Shown here piece by piece: positions 35,579 through 44,719 of a stretch of 55,818 nucleotides of DNA (its first letter is position 1; each line of letters opens with the position of its first letter). This stretch comes from Haliangiales bacterium (GTDB taxonomy: Bacteria; Myxococcota_A; Polyangia; Haliangiales; SHYZ01): NCBI GenBank assembly GCA_046595695.1, contig JBKJOI010000659.1:1-55818 (forward strand), in the 5' to 3' direction. The position numbers were made by a program, and so were the translations under genes. The notes under the pieces were generated by a model that was not told the DNA's origin, searched no databases, and worked only from the letters and a program-made list of their open reading frames with translations.

Positions 35579-36079
35579 ATGATGGCGGTCAAGTGGCGCG
35601 GCGACAGGCTCGCCCCCCTCTCGATCGTCGCAGCCATCGCCCTGCCCGCGTGCAAGTCCGAGCCGAAGTCTGGTGCGGCCCCGGCGCCCGCCGTCGAGCA
35701 CGCCCACGCGGCTTCGGCCGCACCCGCCGAGCTTCCGCCCGGCACGAACCCGGTGCAGCTCGAGATGCGCGTGCTGCACGAGGCCACCCGTGACTGGGTC
35801 ACGGCCGTCGCCAACAACACGCTCGAGGCCATCCCCGCGAGCATCGAGAAGATCCACCACGCGCGCGGCGTCACCGAGCAGGCGCTCGAGAAGGGCGAGT
35901 ACAAGCCGCCGAAGAACCCGGACGCGCTCGAGGACTTCAAGCGGCAGGACGAGGCGTTCCACGGCGAGCTGGCGAAGCTGCGGCAGGCCTCGCAGGCCAA
36001 GGATCTACCGGGGACCACCCGGCAGCTGGGTGCGGTCCTCGACGGCTGCACCAGCTGTCACACCAAGTACCGCTTCTGA
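35579..36079 (+). CDS. Class II four-helix cytochrome c (c'/c556-like) lipoprotein
   Basis: LPAC lipobox; helical body; C-terminal CTSCHTKYR. Confidence 0.88.
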   Translation: MMAVKWRGDRLAPLSIVAAIALPACKSEPKSGAAPAPAVEHAHAASAAPAELPPGTNPVQLEMRVLHEATRDWVTAVANNTLEAIPASIEKIHHARGVTEQALEKGEYKPPKNPDALEDFKRQDEAFHGELAKLRQASQAKDLPGTTRQLGAVLDGCTSCHTKYRF

Positions 36080-36110
36080 CGACCGGCATCGCGCTCACCG
36101 CCCCGGGGCG

Positions 36111-36800
36111 TCACTCGACGACGGGCAGCCGCACCGCGCCGCAGCTGGTGTCCTCGCGCTCGCCGGTGTCCGGAAAGAAGTCGAGCGGCGCGGGCGTGAC
36201 GCCGAGGAGCGCGCACTCGGCCTCGACGAGACGAGCGCACCAGCCGAGCGCGGGACCGTACACGGGGTCCGCCTTCACCGAGGGCTGGCCCGCCACGACG
36301 TGGGGGAACCGGCCCAGGTGGTCGGCCAGGAACTTGCGGCGCGCGTCCTCCACGATCTCGCAGCCCTCGGCGTCGCGCGCCTCGGTGAGCACGTGCTGCT
36401 TGAACAGCAGCGTCGCGTAGAACTCCAGCTCGACGGCCAGGTGGTCGAGCATCTCGTGGACCTGCTCGTCGTCGAGGATCAGGCCGAAGGCCAGGTAGAA
36501 GCCGGAGACGTCGGCGAGATCGTGACCCTTGCCGAGGCCGCGCATGCGCCCGTGCTCGGTCTCGTACAGCGAGACGCGGCCCTTGCCGCGGTCGAACAGC
36601 TCGATGTACGTGCCTTGCAACTCCTCGAGGCCGCGCGGGAGTGCGGCGATCATCGGCCCAACACCCTCGTGGCCCTCGAGGTGTTCGCGCAGCGCCGCGA
36701 GCGTCTCGCCCTGCTCCACATCGGGATAGCCGCTGGCCAGCGACGCGAGCGCGAACTCGCGCGCGCGCGCGGCCAGCCCCGGCCCGGGCGCGGCCGTCAT
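36111..36800 (-). CDS. TorD/DmsD-family maturation chaperone
   Basis: YIELFD, LYET, FYLAFG, DHLAVELEF, FLADHLGRF. Confidence 0.9.
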   Translation of the reverse strand: MTAAPGPGLAARAREFALASLASGYPDVEQGETLAALREHLEGHEGVGPMIAALPRGLEELQGTYIELFDRGKGRVSLYETEHGRMRGLGKGHDLADVSGFYLAFGLILDDEQVHEMLDHLAVELEFYATLLFKQHVLTEARDAEGCEIVEDARRKFLADHLGRFPHVVAGQPSVKADPVYGPALGWCARLVEAECALLGVTPAPLDFFPDTGEREDTSCGAVRLPVVE

Positions 36801-37711
36801 CACTGCACCCTCAGCGGCAGCCACGCCATCGTAACGCTCTTGCGCGAGCCGACCTCGCCCTTGCCGCCCTGCCACGCGGCGAAGGCCACGTACGCGGGGC
36901 CGCCCACCTGGAGCACCGAGCCACCCTCGACGACGAGCGGGCGCGTGATCACGAGCGCCCAGGTGCCGTCCCGCCACGCGCCCCGCGCCGCGCCGCTGTG
37001 CCCTTCCTGGACCGCGGAGGTCGAGAACCCCTCGGCGATGACCTCATCGACGCCGGTCTTGACGTACGATTGCGGATTGCCCGCGGCCCGGCCCGGCGAG
37101 AAGCTCTCCTTCTCGACATCGGTGCCACCCGGGGCGTCCTTGAAGTCCATCGGGTACATGTCGATCGAGAGGTTGGGATAGAGGGCCAGCATCTCCGGCT
37201 TGCCCTGCTCGGCGTCGCGCTGGTACTGCGCGCGCCAGTGGAAGATGTGCACGGGCAGATCCTTCGCGCCCATCATGACCGGCGTGCTGGGGCCGTCCTT
37301 GACCGGGAACTCGATCGCGAGCGCGTCGGAGAACTCGCCCAGCCGGCCCGCCTCGCTCTTCTCGGCATCCTTCCAGACCAGCCGGAACGCGATCGTCTTG
37401 CCGTCGTGCACCGCCTGCACGGCCACGAGCTCGGTGGTGGTGGTCTCCGGCCTCGGCGTGACCATCGGCTGCGCGACCAGCGAGATCGCGCCGCGCGGCA
37501 CGTTCCTCCAGTAGGCCGCGTCGGGGTCGGGCTTGCCGAGGTCGGCGCTCACGCGCTGGACCACCAGCTCGCTGATCGGCGTGGGTGGCGGCTCGACGAT
37601 GGGCGCGGTCGGCCGGGTCGGGCCCGAGCACGCGCTGCTCGCGCAGGCGATGGCGGTGACGGCGAGCCATCCGGGCAGGCCGCTGCGGTTCATCCAGATG
37701 CTACTCGTCAT
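36800..37711 (-). CDS. Gamma subunit (EbdC/NxrC-like heme b domain), lipoprotein
   Basis: VQAVHDGKTIAFRLVWKD, FSDALAIEFP, VMMG, VHIFHWRA, AFAAWQG..GSRKS; GGAG RBS. Confidence 0.88.
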   Translation of the reverse strand: MTSSIWMNRSGLPGWLAVTAIACASSACSGPTRPTAPIVEPPPTPISELVVQRVSADLGKPDPDAAYWRNVPRGAISLVAQPMVTPRPETTTTELVAVQAVHDGKTIAFRLVWKDAEKSEAGRLGEFSDALAIEFPVKDGPSTPVMMGAKDLPVHIFHWRAQYQRDAEQGKPEMLALYPNLSIDMYPMDFKDAPGGTDVEKESFSPGRAAGNPQSYVKTGVDEVIAEGFSTSAVQEGHSGAARGAWRDGTWALVITRPLVVEGGSVLQVGGPAYVAFAAWQGGKGEVGSRKSVTMAWLPLRVQ

Positions 37712-37739
37712 GGCGACGTCTCCGGGCATGGGTATCAGG

Positions 37740-38876
37740 TCACGGGGTGTTGTTGCGCACGGCGCCGAGCTTCGGGTCGAACGCGGCGCGCTCGTGCAGC
37801 GGCTCGGTGACCGGCACGCGCACCAGCAAGCCACCCTTGTCGTCGTAGGCGGACGCCTCGCCCGCCCGCACCTCGAAGCGGTGGATGATCCGGTCGGTGC
37901 TGCCCATGAGGCACATGAGGCCCACCGCGCGCGGATCCTTGGGCAGCTCGCGGTAGCGCGCGATGGCGTCGTGGACGCGCGGGCCGAACATCTGCACCAG
38001 GTAGTCGCGGTCGGCGTGGATGGGCGGTATGTAGTAGATGTTGGGCTCGAGGCCGAGCTGCGGGTAGTACGGCAGCGCCAGCTGCTTCTCGTGGACCAGG
38101 AAGTCCACCGGGTTATCCTTGCGCGCCAACGCGGGCGGACTGATGAAGCCCATCACGCGAATTTTGCCGATGCAGTTCACCACGCACTGCGGCTGGATGC
38201 CCTGCTCGACCGCGGGATAGCAGCCGATGCACTTCTCGCTGGTGCGCGTGTACGGGTTGTACATGGACTTCTTGTAGGGGCACGCGCGCACGCACTCGCC
38301 GTAGCCCTTGCAGCGCGACTGATCGATGAGGACGATGCCGTCCTCGTCGCGCTTGTAGATGGCCTTGCGCGGGCACGCGGCCAGGCACGCCGGGTAGGTG
38401 CAGTGCGCGCAGGTGCGCGGCAGGTAGAAGAACCACTTGTCGTGGGGCAGCTGCGCCATGTGCGCCCCGCCGTCGAGGTTGCCGCCGGCGCAGTCGTCCT
38501 CGCCGACGTTCGGGTACATCCAGTCCTCGTCGGTGGGGTTGTAGTGCAGCACGCGTTCGGTCGGCGGCGCGGCCTCGATGAGCGTCTTGCCCAGGTACTC
38601 GCCCTTGGCGCTCCACTCCTGCCGGCCGAGCTTCTCGAGGATGCGCAGATCCCACGCGAGCGGATAGCCGCCCCAGGGCTTGGTCTCGACGTTGTTCCAG
38701 AACATGTACTCCTGGCCCTTGCCACTCGTCCACGTGGTCTTGCAGGCGAGGGTGCACGTCTGGCACGCGATGCATTTGTTGAGATCGAAGACGATCGCCC
38801 ACTGGCGCTTCGGCCGGTGCTCGTCGTACGGGTACTCGATCTCGCGCCCGATCTGCCAGTTCTTCACCTTGGACAT
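37740..38876 (-). CDS. nxrB: Fe-S beta subunit of NXR/NAR-type type II DMSO reductase
   Basis: NWQIGREIEYPY, CIACQTCTLAC, GQEYMFWNNVETKP, CAHCTYPACLAACP, CKGYGECVRACPY, CIGC. Confidence 0.85.
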   Translation of the reverse strand: MSKVKNWQIGREIEYPYDEHRPKRQWAIVFDLNKCIACQTCTLACKTTWTSGKGQEYMFWNNVETKPWGGYPLAWDLRILEKLGRQEWSAKGEYLGKTLIEAAPPTERVLHYNPTDEDWMYPNVGEDDCAGGNLDGGAHMAQLPHDKWFFYLPRTCAHCTYPACLAACPRKAIYKRDEDGIVLIDQSRCKGYGECVRACPYKKSMYNPYTRTSEKCIGCYPAVEQGIQPQCVVNCIGKIRVMGFISPPALARKDNPVDFLVHEKQLALPYYPQLGLEPNIYYIPPIHADRDYLVQMFGPRVHDAIARYRELPKDPRAVGLMCLMGSTDRIIHRFEVRAGEASAYDDKGGLLVRVPVTEPLHERAAFDPKLGAVRNNTP

Positions 38877-38884
38877 GGGACTCC

Positions 38885-41800
38885 TCACTTCACCTGGGCG
38901 AACTGGCCCTTGAGGTACTGCAGCATCGCAGCGCTCTCGTAGCTGGGCCGGAAGCCCAGCGCGGCGGGGCGCCACAGCCCCACCCCACCGATGGCCCCGT
39001 CCTCGGCCTTGGTCACCTTGACGAAGGCCTCGCGCGGCGCGCCCACCGGACAATGCACGTCGGCCAGGAAGCCCTTCATGAGCTGCTGGCCGTACATGTC
39101 CTTGTGCACCAGCGTCTCGGTCATGAGCGTCGGCTTCAGCCAGGCGCGCGTGGCCGACTGGTGCGAGCCGAAGCGGTACATCGCCTGGTAGTTGGTCTCG
39201 GGGTTCTTGGCGAGCCCGTCGGGGCGGGTCGCCTGGCCTTTCACGCTGCCGTAGGTGGCGCCGTACATGTTGTGCCAGGTGCGCGCCACGCCGCGCGGCG
39301 TGCCCGGGTAGTAGCGGACGCGCAGCATCAGGCGCGCGACCTTGTACGCCTCGGTGCCGGCGACGAAGCCGCGGAACGGGCGGTCCTCGGGATCGGCGTC
39401 GACGTACGCGTAGTCACCGTCCTCGAGCCCGAGCTCCCGGGCGTCGACCGGGTGGATGTCCATGTACCCCTCGGTCACGCTGGGCAGCCGCTTGTCGTGC
39501 CGGTAGACGTCGCCGAACGGGCCGAACAGCACGCCGGTGAAGTCGGTGTCGACCGGCGTGGTGTGGGCGCCGTGTCGGTACTTGGGCGTGTGGTAGATGT
39601 GACGGAACCCCTGGGCCATGAGCGGGTGCCGGGTCGCCATCATCTGCGCGACGGTGAGCATCACGTGGCGCACCTGCCGGGTCTCGGTGGACAGGTCGTC
39701 GCGTCGGAGCCCGTAATCCTCGGGCTGCTTGGGCCGAAGCGCCGGGTGCGGCGCGGCGACGATTACGTTGGGCTCGTGGAAGGTCGAGTCGATCGGCTCG
39801 CGGTGCACGACCAGGTTCTCGCCGCTGTCGAGGAACTCCTGCTCGAAGCGGTAGAACTCGAGCCGCCCCGACTTGGTGTGCCAGGGCTGCTCGCCCTTGG
39901 CCTGCTCGTACGAGGACAGCCGGGGATACGTGCGCACGTTGACCAGCGCCGGGATGCCCTCCTGCGCGAGCCGGTGGAGCTCGGACACCTGGTAGCCCTT
40001 GAGCGAGAACGAGGCGTCGACGATGCGCTGCAGGTAGGCCTCGACGTTGTTGTCGTCGACGAACTTCCAGCCCTCGGCGAAGCGCGGCTCGTCGAAGACC
40101 TCGGCGAGCGCTTTGCCGACGCCCGCGATGATGTCGACGTCGCCCCGGGTGTCGAACACGCGCTTGAGCGGCGACTTGGGGAAGATCTGCACGAACGGGT
40201 TCGTGCAGCTCGCGGTCATGTCGATGTGCCGGAACTCGGCCCACGAGTCCGCCGCGAACACCAGGTCGGCGTATTCGCACGAGCCCGTCCACCACCAGTC
40301 GGCGAACGCGATGAACTCGATCTTGGGCAGCGTGTTGTTGACGACGTCGTAGTGCCACTTGACGTTGCCGATGACCGAGTTGCTGTTGTTCAGCCACATG
40401 GCCTTGGTCGGCGTCGGCAGGTGGCCCTTGCCGGTGAACAGATGGGGGCCCTGGCGCAGCGGCCTGTCGCCGTAGTTGAAGTAGTGCAGCGACTCGTAGT
40501 GGGAGTACTTCTTGAGCGCGACCGGGCCCTTGGGGTCGAGCTGGAGGTTGAACGGATCCTCGGCCACGTACGTCGGCATGCCGCCGAAGATGGCGGCGCG
40601 GTAGTTGCCCGCGTAGCTGCCCACGTTGCCACCGGGGAAACCGAGGTTGCGGGTGATCGCGGCCACCAGCAGGATCGCGCGATCCTTGAGATCGGCGTTG
40701 AAGAACTGGTTCGGACCCATGCCGGTGGCAAAGGTGGTCTTCTCGGGGTTCTGGGCGATCTGCCGGGCCAGCGACTCGATGGCGGCCGCCGGCGCCCCGG
40801 TGATCTCGGACACCTGCGCCGGGGTCATGTTGTCGTCGAGGTACTGGGTCAGCAGCGAGAAGTGCGTGCGCACCTCGACGTCGGTGCCATCCTTCAGCTT
40901 GACCGTGCGCCCGACCCTCAGGTCTGGGCGCTTCACCTTGGCGCGGGGGCCGACCTCGTGCCGGGTGACGGCGGTCAGCTTACCGGTGCGCTCGTCGACG
41001 ACGACGTAGGTCCCCAGATCGGGCAGGAGCGCCTCGGGCGCGAGCTGTTGCTTGTGGCCCAGCGCCGGCGGTGTCTTGCTGCCCTGCTTCACCACGGTCA
41101 GGCCGGCGATCGGCCTCGCCACGAAGCCGCGAAGCTCGGTGGGATGGAGATCCTCGGGGCGGAGCGGCGCCAGGCTGTCCATGCGGACCAGGAATGGCAG
41201 GTCGGTGTTGGTCCTGACCCAGGCGTCGTCGTAGAGCTTCTTGCTGAGGATCACCTGCGCCAGGCCCAGGGCGAACGCCGGGTCGGTGCCCGGACGGATC
41301 ACCACCACCTCGTCGGCCTTGGTGGCGGTCGCGCTGTACTCGACGGTGATCGCGACCACCTTGGTGCCCTTGAGTCTGGCCTCCGTGAGCCAGTGGCTGT
41401 CGGGCATCTTCGTGGTGATCCAGTTCATGCCCCAGACCAGGCACAGCTTCGAGTGCTCGACGGTGAAGAGATCGAAGTCATTGGTCTGCGACCCGGTCAC
41501 CATGGGGTGCCCGGGTGGCAGGTCGGTGTGCCAGGAGTAGCTGTCCCAGCCGCGGGCGCCGATCGCCTCGTCCGGACCGACGCCCCGGATCTTGGCGTCG
41601 GCCAGCGCCATCTGGTTGGCCAGGCGGTAGAGGCCGAAGATGCGCGTGGCGCCCAGGAACGCCATGCCCCCGCGGACCTTGACGGTCTGGGTGCCGGCGC
41701 TCTCGAGCGCCTCGATCATCGCCGGATCGTAGCCCTGGGCCTCGAGCCGCTTCTTGCCGTCCTCGCCGGAGTACTGGCGCGAGATGTTGGCTAGCGCCAG

Positions 41801-42355
41801 GGCCGCGTACCGGAACGAATCGTCCCACCCGAGCCGCAGCCAGGTGTCCTTGCCGCGCTGGAAGTACTTGGGATCAGGGCTGCCGGTGGTCGCATCGCGC
41901 GGGAACCCCGCGTCGGCCCAGTCCTTGAAGCCGCGCCGGATCATCGGCGCCTTCACGCGCCGGTCGCCGTAGATCCGCCGCACCAGCGCCAACCCTTTCT
42001 GGCACAGGCGCGGATCCCAGCGGTGTGACGAGCCGTTCCCGTAGAGATCCTTCGCCTTGCCGTAGCCGAAGGTGGGCCCGATGCGCACCAGCACGTTGTT
42101 CTTCACGTACGCGCGCAGCAGGCAGTTGTGCGTGTCGTTGGGCGCGCACAGGAACACGAAGGACGAGTCGGTCTTGAAGATGTCCCGGTAGGTGCGCTCC
42201 CATTCGCGGCTGGGATAGGCCGCGAGCGGGTTCTCGACCTGGGTGGGTTTGAGGAAGCGCAGCGGTGCCGCTTGGGCGCTCGCGGCGCCCAGCGCGGTGG
42301 CGCCGATCAGGCCCTTGAGGAAGAGCCGCCGACTGAACTGAGAGGAACCTGACAT
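38885..42355 (-). CDS. nxrA: Mo-bis-PGD alpha subunit, periplasmic NXR/NAR type (direction of catalysis unknown)
   Basis: Tat SRRLFLK; NPLAAYP; C-X3-D-X3-C-X39-C FS0 motif; [12 protein letters not shown] Mo-Asp; TPKYRHGAH. Confidence 0.85.
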   Translation of the reverse strand: MSGSSQFSRRLFLKGLIGATALGAASAQAAPLRFLKPTQVENPLAAYPSREWERTYRDIFKTDSSFVFLCAPNDTHNCLLRAYVKNNVLVRIGPTFGYGKAKDLYGNGSSHRWDPRLCQKGLALVRRIYGDRRVKAPMIRRGFKDWADAGFPRDATTGSPDPKYFQRGKDTWLRLGWDDSFRYAALALANISRQYSGEDGKKRLEAQGYDPAMIEALESAGTQTVKVRGGMAFLGATRIFGLYRLANQMALADAKIRGVGPDEAIGARGWDSYSWHTDLPPGHPMVTGSQTNDFDLFTVEHSKLCLVWGMNWITTKMPDSHWLTEARLKGTKVVAITVEYSATATKADEVVVIRPGTDPAFALGLAQVILSKKLYDDAWVRTNTDLPFLVRMDSLAPLRPEDLHPTELRGFVARPIAGLTVVKQGSKTPPALGHKQQLAPEALLPDLGTYVVVDERTGKLTAVTRHEVGPRAKVKRPDLRVGRTVKLKDGTDVEVRTHFSLLTQYLDDNMTPAQVSEITGAPAAAIESLARQIAQNPEKTTFATGMGPNQFFNADLKDRAILLVAAITRNLGFPGGNVGSYAGNYRAAIFGGMPTYVAEDPFNLQLDPKGPVALKKYSHYESLHYFNYGDRPLRQGPHLFTGKGHLPTPTKAMWLNNSNSVIGNVKWHYDVVNNTLPKIEFIAFADWWWTGSCEYADLVFAADSWAEFRHIDMTASCTNPFVQIFPKSPLKRVFDTRGDVDIIAGVGKALAEVFDEPRFAEGWKFVDDNNVEAYLQRIVDASFSLKGYQVSELHRLAQEGIPALVNVRTYPRLSSYEQAKGEQPWHTKSGRLEFYRFEQEFLDSGENLVVHREPIDSTFHEPNVIVAAPHPALRPKQPEDYGLRRDDLSTETRQVRHVMLTVAQMMATRHPLMAQGFRHIYHTPKYRHGAHTTPVDTDFTGVLFGPFGDVYRHDKRLPSVTEGYMDIHPVDARELGLEDGDYAYVDADPEDRPFRGFVAGTEAYKVARLMLRVRYYPGTPRGVARTWHNMYGATYGSVKGQATRPDGLAKNPETNYQAMYRFGSHQSATRAWLKPTLMTETLVHKDMYGQQLMKGFLADVHCPVGAPREAFVKVTKAEDGAIGGVGLWRPAALGFRPSYESAAMLQYLKGQFAQVK

Positions 42356-42381
42356 GATCGTCTCCGGGGCGAGATGGCGCG

Positions 42382-43128
42382 CTACGAAGGGCTCTCGACG
42401 AGCACAGGACGGGGTGAGACATCGCGGGCGGACAGCCAGGGAAAGCGGCGGCGCAGCCCTTGCTCGATGACGCTGTTCAGGCGCACGTCGCCGCCCGAGC
42501 CGAGGCTCCGGCAGCTGTAGTGGAGCACGCTCTCGGAGAGCCCGAGGAACTCGATCTCGACCGACGAATCGAACGCGCGCGCGGTGCGACGCAACGACTC
42601 GAGCCCGGCCTGCAGGTGCTCAGGAATCGGCCCGAAGCGCAGGCGGCTCTGGGGATGTACGTACAGGACATCGACACAGCGCGCGCCGCCGTGCCCGACG
42701 CTCTCGTGGCGAGCGTGGCGGACCGCGCCGGTCATGCCCAGCACCAGCCCCTCCACGGCCTCGCGCCAGTAGTCGCAAGTGCGAGGGTGTTGCGCCGCGG
42801 CGAGGCAGCCGTCGCGCTCCGTCCGGTAGGCCGGCTCCGCCTCGACACGCACCGCGCTACGCGCGGTGCACGGTGGACCCAGGAGCGGCAGCAGCTCGAC
42901 CAGCTGCGCGAGCGGCAGGTCGAGGCCGTGGAAGCGCCGGAAGCCCTCGCCGAGCTTCATGCTGACGTCGAAGACGCGGCGCAGCGCCGCCTCGGGGGCG
43001 TGCGCGAGCGCGCGCGCCAGGAGCACGTCCTCGGGCTCGACTTCGTCGCTCTCGGGGAGGGTGGCGCGCAGGGCCGCACGGCGCGCGGAGCTCCAGCGCT
43101 GGGCCAGGTCGATGGCAGCCTCGGTCAC
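42382..43128 (-). CDS. Hypothetical protein, V4R-like Cys domain plus NifU-C-like tail; first gene of the nxr-like operon
   Basis: GC..TCDYWREAVEG..HESVGHGGARC; VEIEFLGL..IEQGLRRRFP; start chosen from the promoter position. Confidence 0.65.
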   Translation of the reverse strand: MTEAAIDLAQRWSSARRAALRATLPESDEVEPEDVLLARALAHAPEAALRRVFDVSMKLGEGFRRFHGLDLPLAQLVELLPLLGPPCTARSAVRVEAEPAYRTERDGCLAAAQHPRTCDYWREAVEGLVLGMTGAVRHARHESVGHGGARCVDVLYVHPQSRLRFGPIPEHLQAGLESLRRTARAFDSSVEIEFLGLSESVLHYSCRSLGSGGDVRLNSVIEQGLRRRFPWLSARDVSPRPVLVESPS

Positions 43129-43142
43129 TGGCACGATGGGCA

Positions 43143-43158
43143 AGCAAGGTCTGCGCCG
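43143..43158 (-). promoter_or_regulatory. sigma54 promoter of the nxr-like operon
   Basis: CGGCGC-AGACC-TTGCT, 14 nt before GTG 43128. Confidence 0.6.
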
Positions 43159-43258
43159 TTTCACGTGCCCGTGGATCGAGGGTCTGGACGATCGGAAGCC
43201 CGCAATTGTCGCGGCCCCGTCCGGCAACACAGAAATTCCTGCGCGCTTCTGACGAAGC

Positions 43259-43301
43259 GTGACGCCGATCAAGGCTTCTCTTGGGCGGCATCGCGCGTGC
43301 A
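43259..43301 (+). promoter_or_regulatory. FNR-like box plus sigma54 motif before moaA
   Basis: GTGAC-GCCG-ATCAA (43259-43272); CGGCAT-CGCGC-GTGCA (43286-43301), 14 nt before GTG 43316. Confidence 0.55.
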
Positions 43302-43315
43302 TTTCGCGCCGTCTC

Positions 43316-44299
43316 GTGACCCCCTCACTCCACGACTCGTGCGGACGCCTGGTACGTGCGCTGCGCGTCTCCGTCACCGACCGCTGCAACCTCCGCTGCC
43401 ACTACTGCATGCCCGCGGATGCCGAGCGCTTCGATGATCCCCGTCAACTGCTGAGCTTCGACGACATCGTGCGCGTCGTGCGCGTCGCCTGCAGCCTCGG
43501 CATCGATCGGGTTCGCCTGACCGGCGGCGAGCCGTTGGTGCGCCCACACGTGACGACGCTCATCGCACGGCTCAAGGCCGAGACGCCGGTCGCCGAGGTG
43601 GCGATGACGACCAATGGCATGCTGCTTTCCCGCCACCTCGACGGGCTGGTCGCGGCCGGGCTGGACCGCCTCACCGTGAGCGTGGACTCACTGCGCCCCG
43701 AGCGCTTCCGGCGGATCACCCGGGTCGGCGCCCTCGACGAGGTCTGGCGCGGCGTCACCCTGGCGGCCCAGGCCGGGCTGCGCCCGCTCAAGATCAACGT
43801 CCTCGTGCTCGCCGGGACCAACGACGACGAGATCGACGCCTGGGTCGAGCTGTCCCGTCAGCACGACCTCGTGGTGCGCCTGCTGGAGCTGATGCCGATC
43901 GGCGAGGGCGCCGCGAATCCGGGCGGCGGGTACGTCGACCTCACCGAGGTGCGGCGCCGGCTGGTGCGTGACCACGGCCTGCAGGCGGTCGACGGGCCCG
44001 GTGGAAACGGACCCGCGCGCTACTGGAAGGTCCCGGGCGCGGCCGGCACCCTCGGCTTCATCACGCCCATCTCGGAGCACTACTGCGCCTCGTGCAGCCG
44101 GTTTCGCCTGACCGCGCGGGGCGAGCTGCGCCCGTGTCTGGCGCATGACCAACAGGTGCCGCTGTTCGCCGCCATCCGCCACGGCGACGACGCCGCCATC
44201 CTGGCCGGGTTCCGGGCCGCAGCGGCGCAGAAGCCCGTGGGCCACGCCTGGCAGGCGGGCGCGACCACCCTCACCCAGATGTCGCGGCTGGGCGGATGA
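43316..44299 (+). CDS. moaA: GTP 3',8-cyclase MoaA
   Basis: LRVSVTDRCNLRCHYCMP, TGGEP, CASCSRFRLT..C, terminal GG. Confidence 0.95.
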   Translation: MTPSLHDSCGRLVRALRVSVTDRCNLRCHYCMPADAERFDDPRQLLSFDDIVRVVRVACSLGIDRVRLTGGEPLVRPHVTTLIARLKAETPVAEVAMTTNGMLLSRHLDGLVAAGLDRLTVSVDSLRPERFRRITRVGALDEVWRGVTLAAQAGLRPLKINVLVLAGTNDDEIDAWVELSRQHDLVVRLLELMPIGEGAANPGGGYVDLTEVRRRLVRDHGLQAVDGPGGNGPARYWKVPGAAGTLGFITPISEHYCASCSRFRLTARGELRPCLAHDQQVPLFAAIRHGDDAAILAGFRAAAAQKPVGHAWQAGATTLTQMSRLGG

Positions 44300-44306
44300 G
44301 CGAGGC

Positions 44307-44322
44307 TGGCACGCGGCTCGCA
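44307..44322 (+). promoter_or_regulatory. sigma54 promoter
   Basis: TGGCAC-GCGGC-TCGCA, 12 nt before ATG 44335. Confidence 0.7.
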
Positions 44323-44334
44323 TCACTGCCGACG

Positions 44335-44715
44335 ATGCCATCGCGGGGGCGCATCATGATTGTCGGCGGGGACGCCCCGTCACGCACGGCGCTGAGTGAC
44401 CTCCTGGTCGACGACGGGTTCGTTGTCGCCATCACCGAGGACGGCGGGCATGCGGCGCGCGCGGTCGAGGCGTTCGCGCCCGACGTGCTCATCGTCGACG
44501 CCGGCATGCCCGGCACGAGGCCGGCGCAGCTGGCGCAGGCGTTGCGCTCGCTGCCGGTGGTGCTGCTCACCGCCCACGAGAACTGGAGCCGCGGCGGCGC
44601 CGACCTGGATGATGGCCAGTGCATCCCGATCACCAAGCCCGTCAACGTCGGCGCGCTGGTCGTGCTGGTCGACGGCCTGCTCGCGCTCGCGCGTGCGCGG
44701 GTGCGCCCGCCCTGA
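44335..44715 (+). CDS. Single-domain response regulator (atypical acidic pocket)
   Basis: IMIVGGD, PDVLIVDAGMPG, LLTAH, TKP. Confidence 0.75.
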   Translation: MPSRGRIMIVGGDAPSRTALSDLLVDDGFVVAITEDGGHAARAVEAFAPDVLIVDAGMPGTRPAQLAQALRSLPVVLLTAHENWSRGGADLDDGQCIPITKPVNVGALVVLVDGLLALARARVRPP

Positions 44716-44719
44716 GGGC

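Noticed and set aside
38885-42355. Canonical narG
   Set aside because: Tat signal, Cys/Asp rather than His FS0 ligation, no narI or narK
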